Source of the DNA: an uncultured Eubacterium sp.
Lineage (GTDB): Bacteria; Bacillota; Clostridia; Lachnospirales; Lachnospiraceae
Length of the DNA: 36,677 nt
Direction: 5' to 3'
NCBI GenBank assembly: GCA_948472595.1
Contig: CAOKUK010000001.1
Span: forward strand, 1-36,677
A model generated the notes under the pieces. It did no database searches and had not been told where the DNA came from. It saw only the letters and a program-made list of their open reading frames with translations. This document shows, piece by piece, positions 17,550 through 31,380 of this stretch. The first letter of the stretch is position 1, and each line of letters opens with the position of its first letter. A program made the position numbers and the translations under genes.

Positions 17550-19556
17550 ATGAAACCGAAGAAAGAGACACGCAAGAAAACCCCTTCTGTTTTAAGGTGG
17601 GGCACCAGCATTACGGCAAAAATGGTAGCCGCCATTGTGGTAAGCGTCGTGGCTGCTGTAGCCGTGCTGCTGGCTGTGGTCAACAGCAAAATGTCTGAGA
17701 CTCTTTTACAGAAAAGTGAAGACATCTTGCAGACCACTACAGAACGGACGGTCCAAGAGACAAAAGCTTGGATGAACAAGACCTTAACCATGCTGGAATC
17801 CCAACGGGATACCATAGAATATGAAAATATGGATATCCCGGAAATGGAAAGCTACATCAAGCATACCGTGGACCAAAATGACGCATACCCGGCAGGCCTG
17901 TACGTGGCATTAAAAGACGGCTCCCTCTACCATGCCTCCTTTGTGCCAGGCCCAGATTTTGACGCCCTGTCTAAGAGCTGGTACCAAGATGGGATTGAAT
18001 CTGAGGATTTCATCCTAGGCGACGTATATTTTGACGAAGACAGCCAGTCCTATGTCGTAGGCGCATCTGGAATGCTTCGGAACAAAAAGGGAAAGGCACA
18101 GGGCGTTGCGGCGGCAGACGTATACCTGGATTCCATTTCCAATATTGTAAGCAATATACGGATTGAGGATACCGGCGGCATCTTCCTGGTGGATAATCGG
18201 ACTAATACGATTATAGGGCACCAGGACAGTGAAATTACAGGAAAGAAACTCAATGAGCTTAGCGACGGCATGTACCAATACGCCAACGAACAAATCAAGA
18301 ACAAGAACATCGGGCTTTCCCTCTATGAGAACACTTATTTCCAAATTGAGGGCATCCCGGACAGCGATTGGACCGCAGTAGCCTATGTATCCAAATCAGA
18401 AGTATTAAAAGAGCTGAACACCCTGACCAAGGCCGTATCCGCAGTGGCTGCAGTTGCCATAGCCTTATTGATTCTCCTGTTAGTCATCCAGGTGCGAATC
18501 ATTATCGGCAAGCCGGTCAGAGAGCTGAGCCGCGTGGCTACCCGAATTGCAGAAGGGGAGCTAGACCAGAGCATACGCCATCGGTCCAGGGATGAGCTGG
18601 GCGTGCTGGCAGATGATTTTAACCAAGTGACATTGCAGCTGCGGGAATACAGGAAATATATTGACGAGATCGCAGAAAAACTGAAAGAGGTGTCCGTTGG
18701 CGATTTAACCTTTGCTTTGGAAAATGAATACGCCGGTGAATTTTCCAAAATCAAAGAATCCATGGAAGAGATTTCCATCGAATTAAACGGCACCATGAAG
18801 CAGATTCATTCCGCCTCAGAAGAAGTGTCAGCCGGAGCGGAACAAGTTTCCGGCGGGGCGGTTACCTTATCCCAAGGCTCCACAGAGCAGGCAGCCGAAG
18901 TAGACACCTTGGCAAAGCATATCAGCTCCGTTTCTGACAGCGTGCAGAAAATTGCCCAAAGGGCACAGGAGACGAAAAAGCTTTCTGAAAATGTAAAAGA
19001 CGGTATCTTAGACAGCAACAAAAAAATGGAGAACCTGACGGAGGTAATCCAAAGGAGCAGCGATAAATCTACTGAAATACATAAAATTGTAAAGACCATT
19101 GAAGATATCGCTTTCCAGACGAATATCCTTGCCTTAAATGCGGCCGTAGAGGCTGCCCGGGCTGGCGAAGCCGGCAAAGGATTTGCCGTAGTAGCCGATG
19201 AAGTCCGGGCGCTGGCTGCAAAGTCCACCGCTGCAGCCCAGGAAACCACCATCCTCCTGAATGAGACCATCAATGCAATGGAAGAGGGCGTGTCTGCAGT
19301 GAAAGACACGGCAGGATCTATGTCAGACGTAGCAATCCATGCAGATAGAATGAGCGACTTGGTCAACAACATTGCAGAATACACCAAACAGCAAGCATCC
19401 AATGCCTCCGAGATTACCCGCGGAATTGGGGAAATTTCCAATGTCATCCAGACCAATATGGCAACGGCACAGCAAAGCGCCGCCGCTAGTGAGGAATTAT
19501 CCGGGCAGGCCGCCACATTAAAGGAACTGGTGGCAAAATTCAAGCTAAAAGGATAA
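17550..19556 (+). CDS. Methyl-accepting chemotaxis protein (dCache sensor, HAMP, signalling domain)
   Basis: Two TM helices, Cache-like [10 protein letters not shown]...VYFDEDS...AADV, HAMP ([12 protein letters not shown]), signalling hairpin [34 protein letters not shown]. Confidence 0.96.
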   Translation: MKPKKETRKKTPSVLRWGTSITAKMVAAIVVSVVAAVAVLLAVVNSKMSETLLQKSEDILQTTTERTVQETKAWMNKTLTMLESQRDTIEYENMDIPEMESYIKHTVDQNDAYPAGLYVALKDGSLYHASFVPGPDFDALSKSWYQDGIESEDFILGDVYFDEDSQSYVVGASGMLRNKKGKAQGVAAADVYLDSISNIVSNIRIEDTGGIFLVDNRTNTIIGHQDSEITGKKLNELSDGMYQYANEQIKNKNIGLSLYENTYFQIEGIPDSDWTAVAYVSKSEVLKELNTLTKAVSAVAAVAIALLILLLVIQVRIIIGKPVRELSRVATRIAEGELDQSIRHRSRDELGVLADDFNQVTLQLREYRKYIDEIAEKLKEVSVGDLTFALENEYAGEFSKIKESMEEISIELNGTMKQIHSASEEVSAGAEQVSGGAVTLSQGSTEQAAEVDTLAKHISSVSDSVQKIAQRAQETKKLSENVKDGILDSNKKMENLTEVIQRSSDKSTEIHKIVKTIEDIAFQTNILALNAAVEAARAGEAGKGFAVVADEVRALAAKSTAAAQETTILLNETINAMEEGVSAVKDTAGSMSDVAIHADRMSDLVNNIAEYTKQQASNASEITRGIGEISNVIQTNMATAQQSAAASEELSGQAATLKELVAKFKLKG

Positions 19557-19568
19557 GCAGCCCTTTAT

Positions 19569-19615
19569 AAAAAAGCCCATGGCATTTTACTGATTGTAGC
19601 GCCATGGGCTTTTTT
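19569..19615 (+). terminator. Intrinsic terminator after the MCP gene
   Basis: AAAAAAGCCCATGGC...GCCATGGGCTTTTTT inverted repeat with T tract. Confidence 0.88.
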
Positions 19616-19860
19616 AATTTATTAAGATTCCTTTCAGAATTCCTTAATATTTTCTATTTCATTTACAAAATAGTTCGCTTTTTCTCCAAATATGTGATAA
19701 AGTATACGTATGCATAGAAAACAAAACCAGGAAGAAGGTGGATTTCCCAAACATGCGCTTGCCCTATGGCAGAGCAATGATTGCCATTGACAAAAATAAG
19801 AAAGAAATGTTCGGAAAATAAAAGACAACCACAATAATATTTCGAAAGTGATGCAAAATA

Positions 19861-20436
19861 ATGGAAACACAAGTAAGCAGATTGAAAAAATGGATATCCT
19901 CCATCTTACTGATGGTATGCTTAATCCTAATCGTCTCCTTATTTAAAGCATACCTGGATGGAAAATTTAATTCTTTAGAGACCCTACAACAGTATATTGC
20001 AGGATTTGGATGGATGGCGCCTTTTATCCTGACAGCTATCCAGGCAGCGCAAGTGGTATTCCCTGTGCTTCCGGGATTCTTAGGGTGCGTAGTAGGCACG
20101 CTTTTATTTGGTTGGTTTGGGGGCTTTTGGTGCAATTACATCGGCATTTCTGTAGGCTCCATCATCGCCTTCCTCTTAGCCAGGACTTATGGGAGGGAAC
20201 TTGTGATTAAAATGTTCCCAGGCAGCCGCTATGAGAGACTGTCTTCTTGGGCAGCCAAGAGCAACTCTTATACTGCCATGCTGTTCCTTGGCATGGTATT
20301 GCCTTTGTTTCCTGATGACTTCTTTTGCTATCTCACAGGGGTCACCAAAATGAGCATCCAGAAATTTGCCACAATCATCGTATTGGGCAAGCCTTGGTGC
20401 ATTTTAGCTTACAGTATCTTATTTTCCGCATCTTAA
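19861..20436 (+). CDS. TVP38/TMEM64 (VTT-domain, DedA superfamily) membrane protein
   Basis: QAAQVVFPVLPG...GTLLFG...GSIIAFLLARTYGR...LPLFPDDFFCYLTG...GKPW pattern; hydrophobic, 191 aa. Confidence 0.85.
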   Translation: METQVSRLKKWISSILLMVCLILIVSLFKAYLDGKFNSLETLQQYIAGFGWMAPFILTAIQAAQVVFPVLPGFLGCVVGTLLFGWFGGFWCNYIGISVGSIIAFLLARTYGRELVIKMFPGSRYERLSSWAAKSNSYTAMLFLGMVLPLFPDDFFCYLTGVTKMSIQKFATIIVLGKPWCILAYSILFSAS

Positions 20437-20478
20437 TACAAAAAGAAAATGTGAAAAATCGAAAGGTGGAGAGAGTAA

Positions 20479-21123
20479 ATGGATGATAATAAAAGATTAT
20501 GCGGCTACTACAACTATACCGTAGTGCTGACCTATCTTGGAATGCTTATTGGCTTTACTGGAATTATGTTTGCAATGGAGGGGGCATACCGCCAAGCCAT
20601 CATCTGCCTCATGACGGCAGGGGTTTGCGATATGTTCGACGGCGCAGTCGCCGCCACCAAGCAGAGGGATGCGAGGGAGAAAAAATTCGGCATCCAGATA
20701 GATTCCCTCAGCGACTTAATCTGCTTTGGCGTGCTTCCGGCATTATTCACCTACCATATTGGGGGAAAACACTACATAACATTTTTGGCAGCATGCTTCT
20801 ATGTGCTGTGCACATTGATACGCTTGGCTTATTTTAACGTATTGGAAGAGGAGCGGCAGCAAACAGAGACAGGGAAGCGGAAGTGGTACCTTGGCTTACC
20901 TGTCACCTCTGCAGCATTAATTCTGCCTTTGTTTTTTGAAGTGGGAGGCGGCGTGCCTTCCATGGCAGGGGTTATCTTTTCCTGCTTGCTGCTGATTATG
21001 GCTTTTGCCTTCATCCTTCCCATAAAGATAAAAAAGCCCTACCTGATAGGCAAAATTGGCATTATATTTATGGGGTTTATTGAATTTATCATTTTGCTGT
21101 TGGGCCTAGGGCTAGATGTGTAG
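20479..21123 (+). CDS. pssA: CDP-diacylglycerol--serine O-phosphatidyltransferase (phosphatidylserine synthase)
   Basis: CDP-alcohol motif DMFDGAVA...FGIQIDSLSD, plus FGVLP, RLAYFN and GLPVT; adjacent to psd. Confidence 0.85.
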   Translation: MDDNKRLCGYYNYTVVLTYLGMLIGFTGIMFAMEGAYRQAIICLMTAGVCDMFDGAVAATKQRDAREKKFGIQIDSLSDLICFGVLPALFTYHIGGKHYITFLAACFYVLCTLIRLAYFNVLEEERQQTETGKRKWYLGLPVTSAALILPLFFEVGGGVPSMAGVIFSCLLLIMAFAFILPIKIKKPYLIGKIGIIFMGFIEFIILLLGLGLDV

Positions 21124-21180
21124 CATGCTCTCCTTCTGCCAGCACAGTATATGATTCTAGAGAAAGTCGGGATTTATTAC

Positions 21181-22005
21181 ATGAAGAAAGAAACTCTTAG
21201 CATCCGTTTTTTATACCAGACAATGCCTGGGCGGGCTATTTTAAAATTACTCACTAAGCCCTTCCTGTCAAAATATGCCGGGAAATTCTTAAGCTCAAGG
21301 CTTTCCCGCTGGATTGTGCCTATATTCATACGGAAGCACGACATTGACATGAGCGGATTTGAAGGCAGTAAATTCCGCTCCTTTAATGATTTTTTCACAA
21401 GGAAACGGGCGCTTGGGCAAATAGACATCACCCCAGGCCATTTTATCAGCCCTTGCGATGGGCACTTGAGCGTATATCCTATCAGCCAGGAACAAGTCTA
21501 CCATATCAAGCATGCAGAATACCGCCTGCAGGACCTGCTGAAAAGCCGCTCCCTTACGCAAAAGTTTTCAGGCGGCACCTGCCTTATTTTCCGCCTGACC
21601 CCGCAAAATTACCATCGTTACTGCTATGTATGCAGCGGCACGAAAATGGAATCCAAGGCAATCCCCGGCAAGCTCCACTGCGTGCGCCCCACCGCATATG
21701 CAGCTTTTCCTGTCTTTACAGAGAACAGCAGGGAATACACAAGAATCCATACCGCACAATTCGGCGATGTCATCCAAATGGAAATCGGAGCGCTCCTAGT
21801 GGGAAAAATCAGCAACCATCCCAAAAAAGGAGCTGTCTTCCAAGGAATGGAAAAAGGCTATTTTGAATTTGGCGGCTCCACCATACTCCTATTAGTCCAA
21901 AAAGACAGGCTGATTTTGGACAGCCAATTTCTCAAAAATACAAAGCAAGGCCTGGAAACGGAAGTCCGCTTAGGGGAAAGGATAGGGGTTCTGCGAAAAA
22001 AGTAA
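21181..22005 (+). CDS. psd: Phosphatidylserine decarboxylase proenzyme
   Basis: SFNDFFTRK, ISPCDG, FRLTPQNYHR, EIGALLVGKI and KGYFEFGGST self-cleavage motif. Start may be 21151. Confidence 0.92.
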   Translation: MKKETLSIRFLYQTMPGRAILKLLTKPFLSKYAGKFLSSRLSRWIVPIFIRKHDIDMSGFEGSKFRSFNDFFTRKRALGQIDITPGHFISPCDGHLSVYPISQEQVYHIKHAEYRLQDLLKSRSLTQKFSGGTCLIFRLTPQNYHRYCYVCSGTKMESKAIPGKLHCVRPTAYAAFPVFTENSREYTRIHTAQFGDVIQMEIGALLVGKISNHPKKGAVFQGMEKGYFEFGGSTILLLVQKDRLILDSQFLKNTKQGLETEVRLGERIGVLRKK

Positions 22006-22016
22006 CGCCACGCCTA

Positions 22017-22065
22017 TGGGGCGGTAAAGAAATGACAGCCATACAATCATTTCCTTACCGCCCCA
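22017..22065. terminator. Terminator hairpin between convergent psd and gyrA
   Basis: TGGGGCGGTAAAGAAATGA / TCATTTCCTTACCGCCCCA, 18/19 complementary (G-U on the - strand); no strong T tract. Confidence 0.7.
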
Positions 22066-22070
22066 AGCAT

Positions 22071-24581
22071 TCATTCTTTATGCTCTTCCATAGCTTCTTC
22101 TTCCATCTCCTCCTCGCTTCTGCTGCCTTCCATCAGGGATTTATCTTCCCGCACCTTTGCAATGCTGGCAACTGTTATATCCTCTGATAAATCCATCAGC
22201 TTCACCCCAGAGGTCACGCGGCCCAATACAGAGATGCCTTCTACCTTGATGCGGATGATAATCCCCTCCGTTGTAATCATCATAACCTCATTTTCCTGAT
22301 CCACGGCCTTCACGCCTATAATATTTCCTGTCCTTTCCGTAATCTTATAGCATTTTACCCCTTTGCCACCTCGGATTTGAGGCGTAAACTCATCCATCCG
22401 AGTAAGCTTCCCAAGCCCTTTTTCAGAAGCGATTAAAAGGTATTCCCCTTGGGTATTCATCTGCATCCCCACTACTTCATCCCGGTCCGAAAGGTTCATC
22501 CCAATTACACCCATGGAAACCCTTCCTGTGCTCCTCACGTCTGTCTCATGGAAGCGGATGCACTGGCCATATTTCGTCACCAAAACCATATCCTTGGTAT
22601 TGTCCGTCATCTTCACCTCAATCAGCTCATCCCCATCCCTTAAGTTGATGGCAGCGAGGCCTTTGCGCCTTACATTGGAATAATCTGCGACAGGGGTTTT
22701 CTTCACAATCCCGTTCCTAGTGGCCATAAACAGGAAATGGTCGTCCTTAAATTCGCGGATTGGTATCACAGCCGTAATCTTCTCCTCTGGCAAAAGCTGC
22801 AGCAGATTGATGATTGCCGTGCCCCTTGCAGTCCTCCCTGCCTCTGGGATTTCATACGCCTTCATTCGGTATACCTTCCCGGTATTCGTAAAGAACATCA
22901 AGTAATGGTGGGTGGTGGTCATTAAAAGCTCCTCAATATAATCGTCGTCAATGGTCTCCATCCCTTTAATGCCCTTACCGCCCCGATTTTGGCTGCGGAA
23001 ATTGTCCACGCTCATGCGCTTGATATACCCGAATTTCGTCATGGTTATGACGGCATTGGAAACCGGAATCAAATCCTCCATGGAAATGTCATATTCATCA
23101 AACCCAATGGAAGTCCTCCTGTCATCGCCATATTTATCAGAAATCTGCATAATCTCATTCCGTATGACCCCTAAAAGCTTCTTCTCATCTGCCAGGATAG
23201 CCTTGAGTTCTTGGATTAACTCCATCAGCTGCCCATATTCCGCCTCTATCTTTCCCCGCTCCAAGCCTGTCAGCGCGCGCAGGCGCATGTCCACAATCGC
23301 CTGGGCCTGGGCGTCCGTCAATTCAAACCGCTCTACCAGCTTTGCTTTCGCAAGCTGCACGTTCTCACTGTTGCGGATAATGCGAATCACCTCATCGATA
23401 TTATCCAAAGCAATCAGCAATCCTTCCAGGATATGGGCTCGCTCCTGCGCCTTGTTCAGCTCATATTTGGTCCTCCGGCCCACCACCTCTTCTTGGTGGC
23501 GGAGGTAATGCTCTATCATATCCTTGAGGTTTAACACCTTCGGCTCATTGTTCACCAAAGACAGCATAATCACGCCAAAGGTATCCTGCATCTGGGTGTG
23601 TTTGTACAGCTGGTTCAATACCACGTTGGGATTCACGTCCCGGCGCAGCTCAATGCAAATCCGCATGCCTTCCCGGTTGGACTCATCCCTAAGGTCCGTA
23701 ATGCCGTCCACCTTCCGGTCATGGACCAAATCTGCAATTTTCTCTATCAGCCTCGCCTTATTTACCATATAGGGAAGCTCCGACACCACAATCCTATTTT
23801 TGCCGTTTGGCATGGGCTCAATATCTGTCACCGCCCGGACTTTTATCTTTCCGCGCCCGGTACGGTAAGCCTGCTCAATGCCGGAAGTCCCTAAAATCAT
23901 GCCGCCCGTGGGAAAATCCGGCCCTTTGACAAGCTTCAGTATTTCTTCCATTTCCGTAGGCCGGTCTTCTTGGATGCGGTTGTCAATAATCTTAACTACG
24001 CCGCTAATCACCTCTCGGAGGTTGTGGGGCGGTATATTGGTAGCCATCCCTACTGCAATCCCTGTAGTGCCATTGACTAAAAGGTTCGGGTATCGGGAAG
24101 GAAGCACTAAAGGCTCTTTTTCCGTATCGTCAAAATTTGGCCCAAAATCTACTGTGTCTTTATTGATATCCGCAAGCATCTCCATGGAAATCTTGCTCAG
24201 CCGTGCTTCCGTATAACGCATGGCTGCGGCACTGTCCCCATCCACAGAGCCAAAATTCCCATGGCCGTCTACCAGCATATAGCGGGTGGACCACTCCTGC
24301 GCCATATTCACCAAAGCGCCGTAAATCGAGCTGTCCCCATGGGGATGGTACTTACCCATAGTATCGCCCACAATACGCGCGCATTTCCGGTGCGGCTTAT
24401 CCGGGCCATTGTTCAGCTCTATCATGGCATAAAGAATCCTTCTTTGGACCGGCTTCAGCCCATCCCTCACATCTGGAAGCGCCCGGGAAGCTATTACGCT
24501 CATAGCATAATCAATATAGGAACTCTCCATCGTCTTTTTCAAATCCACGTCGTCTATTCTGTCAAATATCTTATCATCCAT
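22071..24581 (-). CDS. gyrA: DNA gyrase subunit A
   Basis: [28 protein letters not shown] catalytic Tyr, GyrA-box QNRGGKG, acidic tail; origin-proximal. Confidence 0.98.
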   Translation of the reverse strand: MDDKIFDRIDDVDLKKTMESSYIDYAMSVIASRALPDVRDGLKPVQRRILYAMIELNNGPDKPHRKCARIVGDTMGKYHPHGDSSIYGALVNMAQEWSTRYMLVDGHGNFGSVDGDSAAAMRYTEARLSKISMEMLADINKDTVDFGPNFDDTEKEPLVLPSRYPNLLVNGTTGIAVGMATNIPPHNLREVISGVVKIIDNRIQEDRPTEMEEILKLVKGPDFPTGGMILGTSGIEQAYRTGRGKIKVRAVTDIEPMPNGKNRIVVSELPYMVNKARLIEKIADLVHDRKVDGITDLRDESNREGMRICIELRRDVNPNVVLNQLYKHTQMQDTFGVIMLSLVNNEPKVLNLKDMIEHYLRHQEEVVGRRTKYELNKAQERAHILEGLLIALDNIDEVIRIIRNSENVQLAKAKLVERFELTDAQAQAIVDMRLRALTGLERGKIEAEYGQLMELIQELKAILADEKKLLGVIRNEIMQISDKYGDDRRTSIGFDEYDISMEDLIPVSNAVITMTKFGYIKRMSVDNFRSQNRGGKGIKGMETIDDDYIEELLMTTTHHYLMFFTNTGKVYRMKAYEIPEAGRTARGTAIINLLQLLPEEKITAVIPIREFKDDHFLFMATRNGIVKKTPVADYSNVRRKGLAAINLRDGDELIEVKMTDNTKDMVLVTKYGQCIRFHETDVRSTGRVSMGVIGMNLSDRDEVVGMQMNTQGEYLLIASEKGLGKLTRMDEFTPQIRGGKGVKCYKITERTGNIIGVKAVDQENEVMMITTEGIIIRIKVEGISVLGRVTSGVKLMDLSEDITVASIAKVREDKSLMEGSRSEEEMEEEAMEEHKE

Positions 24582-24625
24582 CTATCTTCCTCCACGCACT
24601 CCCAATTTGTCCAACCACATCCCAT

Positions 24626-27664
<3,039 letters not shown>

Positions 27665-27668
<4 letters not shown>

Positions 27669-27874
27669 TTCACAATCCGAATTGTCTCCCCCTCAAAGGA
27701 AACAACGTCCCCATCCACTAGCTTTTTCCCTCTTCTGGTCTCCACCTCACCATTCACTTCTACAAGCCCATCCTGAATCACAAGCTTTGCCATCACCCCG
27801 GATTCCACCACATTTGCAGCTTTCAGCGCTTGGCCCAGCTTGATATAATCATCTCTTAGCTTAATTTCTTCCAT
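27665..27874 (-). CDS. yaaA: S4-domain RNA-binding protein YaaA
   Basis: YIKLGQALK...SG..AK..IQDG.V.VNGEVETRRGKKL; canonical position between dnaN and recF, ATGA overlap with recF. Confidence 0.93.
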
Positions 27875-27960
27875 TTTCTCCGCTTCTTTCTATAACTTTA
27901 TGTCTACGCAACAAATCCTTACGCCATCCTGCTTTAACCCATGTGGCAAACGCATTACAG

Positions 27961-29073
27961 TCAGGCAGACGCCGCATTAAAATTCACCGGCAATATGAGA
28001 TAAATATAAGTCTCGTCTGAATCTTTGATAAAGCAGGGCGCTTTCGGATTCACCATATAAAGGCTAACTTCCTCATCGTCAATTGCCCGCAGCGCATCGA
28101 TAAAGAATTTGGGATTAAACCCAATCAGGATATCGCTGCCTTCCTTCTCTATGTCAATCTCTTCCTTCATAGAGCCAATAAAAGAATTAATCTTCAATTC
28201 CATATTTTCATCCGTCACATTCATGATGATTGGCTTCTTATCCCCTTCCTTTATCAAAAGGGTGGCTCTGTCTATGCAGCTGAGCAACTCCCTTCGGTTC
28301 ACCTGAAGCTTGGTGTCATAGTCAGAAGAAAGCATTTGGTCAATCTTAAAATATTCCCCTTCAATCAGCCTGGACACCACCGTGGTGTTCTCAAATTCAA
28401 AGATAATATGGTTGTCCGTAAAGAACATATTGACCATGTCTTCCGTATCACCCGGCAATATCTTGCTGACTTCCTGGAGGGTCTTCCCCGGCACTATCAC
28501 CTTGCGGCTCTCATACGCTTCCTTTAACCCAATCCTGCGGATAGAAATACGGTGGCCATCTAAGGACACAACCCTCAGCTGGTTCTCTGTAATCTCAAAA
28601 AGCTCGCCAGTCATCACTTTGTTGCTTTCACTGTCAGAAATGGAAAAAATAGTCTGCCGGATGACTTCTTTTAAAGTAAACTGGGAAAGGGAGATTGGCT
28701 GGTTCCTTTCTATATAAGGGAGGTAGGAAAAATCCTCCCCAGATTTCCCAATAATATTGAACTTTGACTTTTCACAGGTAATGACTGTTTTAAAAGAGGC
28801 GTCTGTCTCTATTGTCACTTCATTGTCAGGAAGCTTCCTTATAATTTCAGAAAATATCTTGGCGTCTAACGCAATAATGCCTCTATTGATGATTTCACCT
28901 TCTATTTTCGTCTCAATTCCTAATTCTGTATCATTGGCAGTCAGCTTAATCTCGTTCGTGGATGCGTCAATTAAAATGCACTCTAGAATAGCCATAGTAG
29001 TCCTAGAGGGCACTGCCTTTGACACGGTGTTTACTCCATAGAGGAGGTTTGGTTTGGAACATATGATTTTCAT
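27961..29073 (-). CDS. dnaN: DNA polymerase III beta sliding clamp
   Basis: ANDTELGI, SLDGHRIS, SRLIEGEY, IGFNPKF, YLILPV; 370 aa, directly downstream of dnaA. Confidence 0.97.
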   Translation of the reverse strand: MKIICSKPNLLYGVNTVSKAVPSRTTMAILECILIDASTNEIKLTANDTELGIETKIEGEIINRGIIALDAKIFSEIIRKLPDNEVTIETDASFKTVITCEKSKFNIIGKSGEDFSYLPYIERNQPISLSQFTLKEVIRQTIFSISDSESNKVMTGELFEITENQLRVVSLDGHRISIRRIGLKEAYESRKVIVPGKTLQEVSKILPGDTEDMVNMFFTDNHIIFEFENTTVVSRLIEGEYFKIDQMLSSDYDTKLQVNRRELLSCIDRATLLIKEGDKKPIIMNVTDENMELKINSFIGSMKEEIDIEKEGSDILIGFNPKFFIDALRAIDDEEVSLYMVNPKAPCFIKDSDETYIYLILPVNFNAASA

Positions 29074-29094
29074 ACGGTGAATAACTCCTTCCTG

Positions 29095-29365
29095 GGCTTA
29101 AAGATAAATATATAATAGAACTTCATAGTCTTAATCTTAAGGGGTGTTTATATGTGCATAAACTCCCAAAGCCTTAATTTCAGGCAGTTTGGGAGGTTAA
29201 AGCTACTGTATAAGCCTGTGAATTTCCCCTTGAAACTGTTGGGACAAGCTGTGCATAACATTAATGCAAAAAAATTGGCCGAATGCTTTTAAATTCCCTA
29301 TGTGGATAGGATGCATGGTTGTCCATAGATTTCAACATCCTTTCTACAGGAGTTATCCACAAAAG
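29095..29365. other. oriC part between dnaA and dnaN (DnaA boxes plus AT-rich unwinding candidate)
   Basis: TTATCCACA at 29353-29361; near-consensus boxes TGTGGATAG 29301-29309, TGTGCATAA 29250-29258 and 29153-29161; AT-rich tract at about 29098-29140 next to dnaN. Confidence 0.85.
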
Positions 29366-29371
29366 TGAATT

Positions 29372-30724
29372 TTAATTAGGGTTGATTTTTTTCTTAATGG
29401 TTTCCAGCAAATAATGAAAATCTTCGTTTTTTTCGTACTCTTCCGTTATTTTCTTAATACCGTGGATGATGGTAGAGTGATCCCTTCCGCCTAAAAGGGC
29501 GCCAATGGTCTCTAAAGGGGCGGGGGTCATATTTTTACAAAGGTACATGGCAATTTGACGGGGGCGCGCGATTTCACTGCTGCGGTTCTTAGAAATCATC
29601 TGTGCCGTAGAGATGTTAAAATGCTCAGCAACGATTTCGATTACAAGCTGCGGCGTAATTTCCTTGGGCTTGTCCGGGGAAATGATGTTCTGTAGCTCCC
29701 GCACCGCTATATCCATGGTAATCTCTGTATGCTCCAAATTTGAAAATGCCAGTAATTTGTTTAATGCTCCTTCCAGCTCACGGATGTTGGATTTGATGTT
29801 CGTAGAGATATAATTCAAAATCTCGTCGTCCAAGTGGAAGCCATCTGTTTCTTGCTTCCGCCGCAGGATTGCCATCCTGGTTTCATAGTCAGGGTATCCG
29901 ATATCTGCCATCAAGCCCCACTCAAAGCGGGAGCGTATCCTGTCTTCTAAAGTCTCCATGTCTTTCGGCGGCTTGTCTGAGGATAAAATAATCTGTTTCC
30001 TGGCAGAGTGGAGGACGTTGAAAGTATGGAAAAATTCCTCCTGGGTGCTCTCTTTTCCTATAATAAACTGCACATCGTCAATCATCAGCACATCTACGGT
30101 TCGATATTTATCTCTGAGCTTTGTCATAGCGGAAGCGCTTCCGTTACGGATGGAGTCAATCACTTCATTCGTAAATTCTTCGGAAGTGACGTATATGACC
30201 TTCATCTCAGGCTTCTGCTGCAGGATGAAGTGCCCGATGGACTGCATTAAGTGGGTCTTTCCAAGCCCGGGCCCCCCATAGATATAGAGAGGATTGTAGA
30301 CCTCGCCCGGAGATTCCGACACGGCGAGGCTGGCGGCATGGGCAAATTTATTGTTCTTGCCAACTACGAAAGTGTCAAAGGTATAGTTGGGGTTTAACGT
30401 GGCTTTTTCTGAGCTGGAGGCGGCAAAGGCAGGGTTCTTGCTTTTAAAGGGCTTGATTTTTTTTGCCTGTTCCTGCAGTATAAATATGATTTCATAATCT
30501 GTGCCGGTAATTTCCGCAATGGCTACTTTAATAGGAAGTGTGTATTTCTTTGTAATGTAATTAAGCCCCATTTGCTCAGATGGAACCAAAATATAAAGTT
30601 TTGAGCCTTCAATGCTGTACACGCTCAAAGGCTTTAGCCAGGTGTCAAAGGAAACGTCTGTAAGGTCGTGTTCTTCCTTTACCGTCTGGAGGATTTCGTC
30701 CCATTTTTCTACTATAAGTTCCAT
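29372..30724 (-). CDS. dnaA: Chromosomal replication initiator DnaA
   Basis: YTFDTFVVG, YNPLYIYGGPGLGKTHL, LMIDDVQF, QEEFFHTFN, NIRELEGAL, RQIAMYL, GGRDHSTIIH. Confidence 0.99.
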   Translation of the reverse strand: MELIVEKWDEILQTVKEEHDLTDVSFDTWLKPLSVYSIEGSKLYILVPSEQMGLNYITKKYTLPIKVAIAEITGTDYEIIFILQEQAKKIKPFKSKNPAFAASSSEKATLNPNYTFDTFVVGKNNKFAHAASLAVSESPGEVYNPLYIYGGPGLGKTHLMQSIGHFILQQKPEMKVIYVTSEEFTNEVIDSIRNGSASAMTKLRDKYRTVDVLMIDDVQFIIGKESTQEEFFHTFNVLHSARKQIILSSDKPPKDMETLEDRIRSRFEWGLMADIGYPDYETRMAILRRKQETDGFHLDDEILNYISTNIKSNIRELEGALNKLLAFSNLEHTEITMDIAVRELQNIISPDKPKEITPQLVIEIVAEHFNISTAQMISKNRSSEIARPRQIAMYLCKNMTPAPLETIGALLGGRDHSTIIHGIKKITEEYEKNEDFHYLLETIKKKINPN

Positions 30725-30783
30725 ATTGATTCTCCAAGCTTCCTGTATTGTATATTTCTAAAATTCATATTCTTCCATAATCT

Positions 30784-30812
30784 ATAATAAACTAAATCAG
30801 GTAAATAATCAA
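30784..30812 (-). promoter_or_regulatory. sigmaA-type promoter of dnaA
   Basis: - strand TTGATT-17 nt-TATTAT. Confidence 0.5.
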
Positions 30813-30824
30813 TGAAAATTTTGC

Positions 30825-31120
30825 GATGTGCATAATGTTTATAAGAATGAGAGGGAGTTATATACATTCTGTGGTTAATTTGTTTTCAACATCTTATGCA
30901 CGGAAAATGGACAAGTTATCCAAAATATCAAAAATAGCTTATAAACATATCTACAAGTGGGAAAACCCAGTGTTTTCCATAAGGATTGGTAGATTTTACT
31001 GTGGATATTCACAAATTTTCAAAAAGTTACCCACAAGTTATCCACAAAACCTTGATAACTTTTTAAACATGTGGATAATGTGGAAAAAATGTGGGTAACT
31101 CATAGTTATCCACATTTTGA
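30825..31120. other. oriC part upstream of dnaA (dense DnaA-box cluster)
   Basis: Perfect boxes TTATCCACA 31038-31046 and 31106-31114 and TGTGGATAA 31070-31078; near-consensus TTACCCACA 31027-31035, TGTGGAAAA 31079-31087, TGTGGGTAA 31090-31098 and further degenerate copies. Gene orientation and G/C strand bias flip here. Confidence 0.93.
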
Positions 31121-31139
31121 AAAAATGTCGCAAAATAGC

Positions 31140-31167
31140 TTGACTTGGGGGCATTTTTTGATATAAT
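31140..31167 (+). promoter_or_regulatory. sigmaA promoter of the rpmH operon
   Basis: TTGACT-16 nt-TATAAT with TGn extension. Confidence 0.75.
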
Positions 31168-31207
31168 GGAACATGATGTTTTAAAACACAGAGGAGGTGG
31201 ATGACAT

Positions 31208-31342
31208 ATGAAAATGACATATCAGCCGAAGAAAAGGCATAGGGCAAAAGTGCATGGGTTCCGTAAGAGGATGAGCACGAAAGGCGGCAGGAAGGTATTG
31301 GCTGCCAGGAGGTTGAAAGGAAGAAAGAGGTTAACAGCTTAG
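31208..31342 (+). CDS. rpmH: 50S ribosomal protein L34
   Basis: Translated manually (below the track cutoff): [44 protein letters not shown]; GGAGGT RBS. Confidence 0.98.
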   Translation: MKMTYQPKKRHRAKVHGFRKRMSTKGGRKVLAARRLKGRKRLTA

Positions 31343-31368
31343 ACCACAGGACTTGTGGTCTTTCTTCT
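31341..31368 (+). terminator. Hairpin after rpmH (partial terminator or mRNA-stabilising stem)
   Basis: AGACCACA-GGACT-TGTGGTCT followed by TTCTTCT. Confidence 0.6.
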
Positions 31369-31380
31369 TAAGAGAAGCAG

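Noticed and set aside
19617-19860. Small ORFs or ncRNA upstream of the TVP38 gene
   Set aside because: AT-rich spacer with only weak short stems. The TTGACA near 19787 lacks a matching -10, and the - strand ORFs lack RBSs and protein-like composition.
30826-31247. ORFs 30826-31098 and 31038-31247, and a possible repeat array
   Set aside because: These are translations of the DnaA-box cluster. The repeats are 9-mers in both orientations with irregular spacing, not CRISPR.
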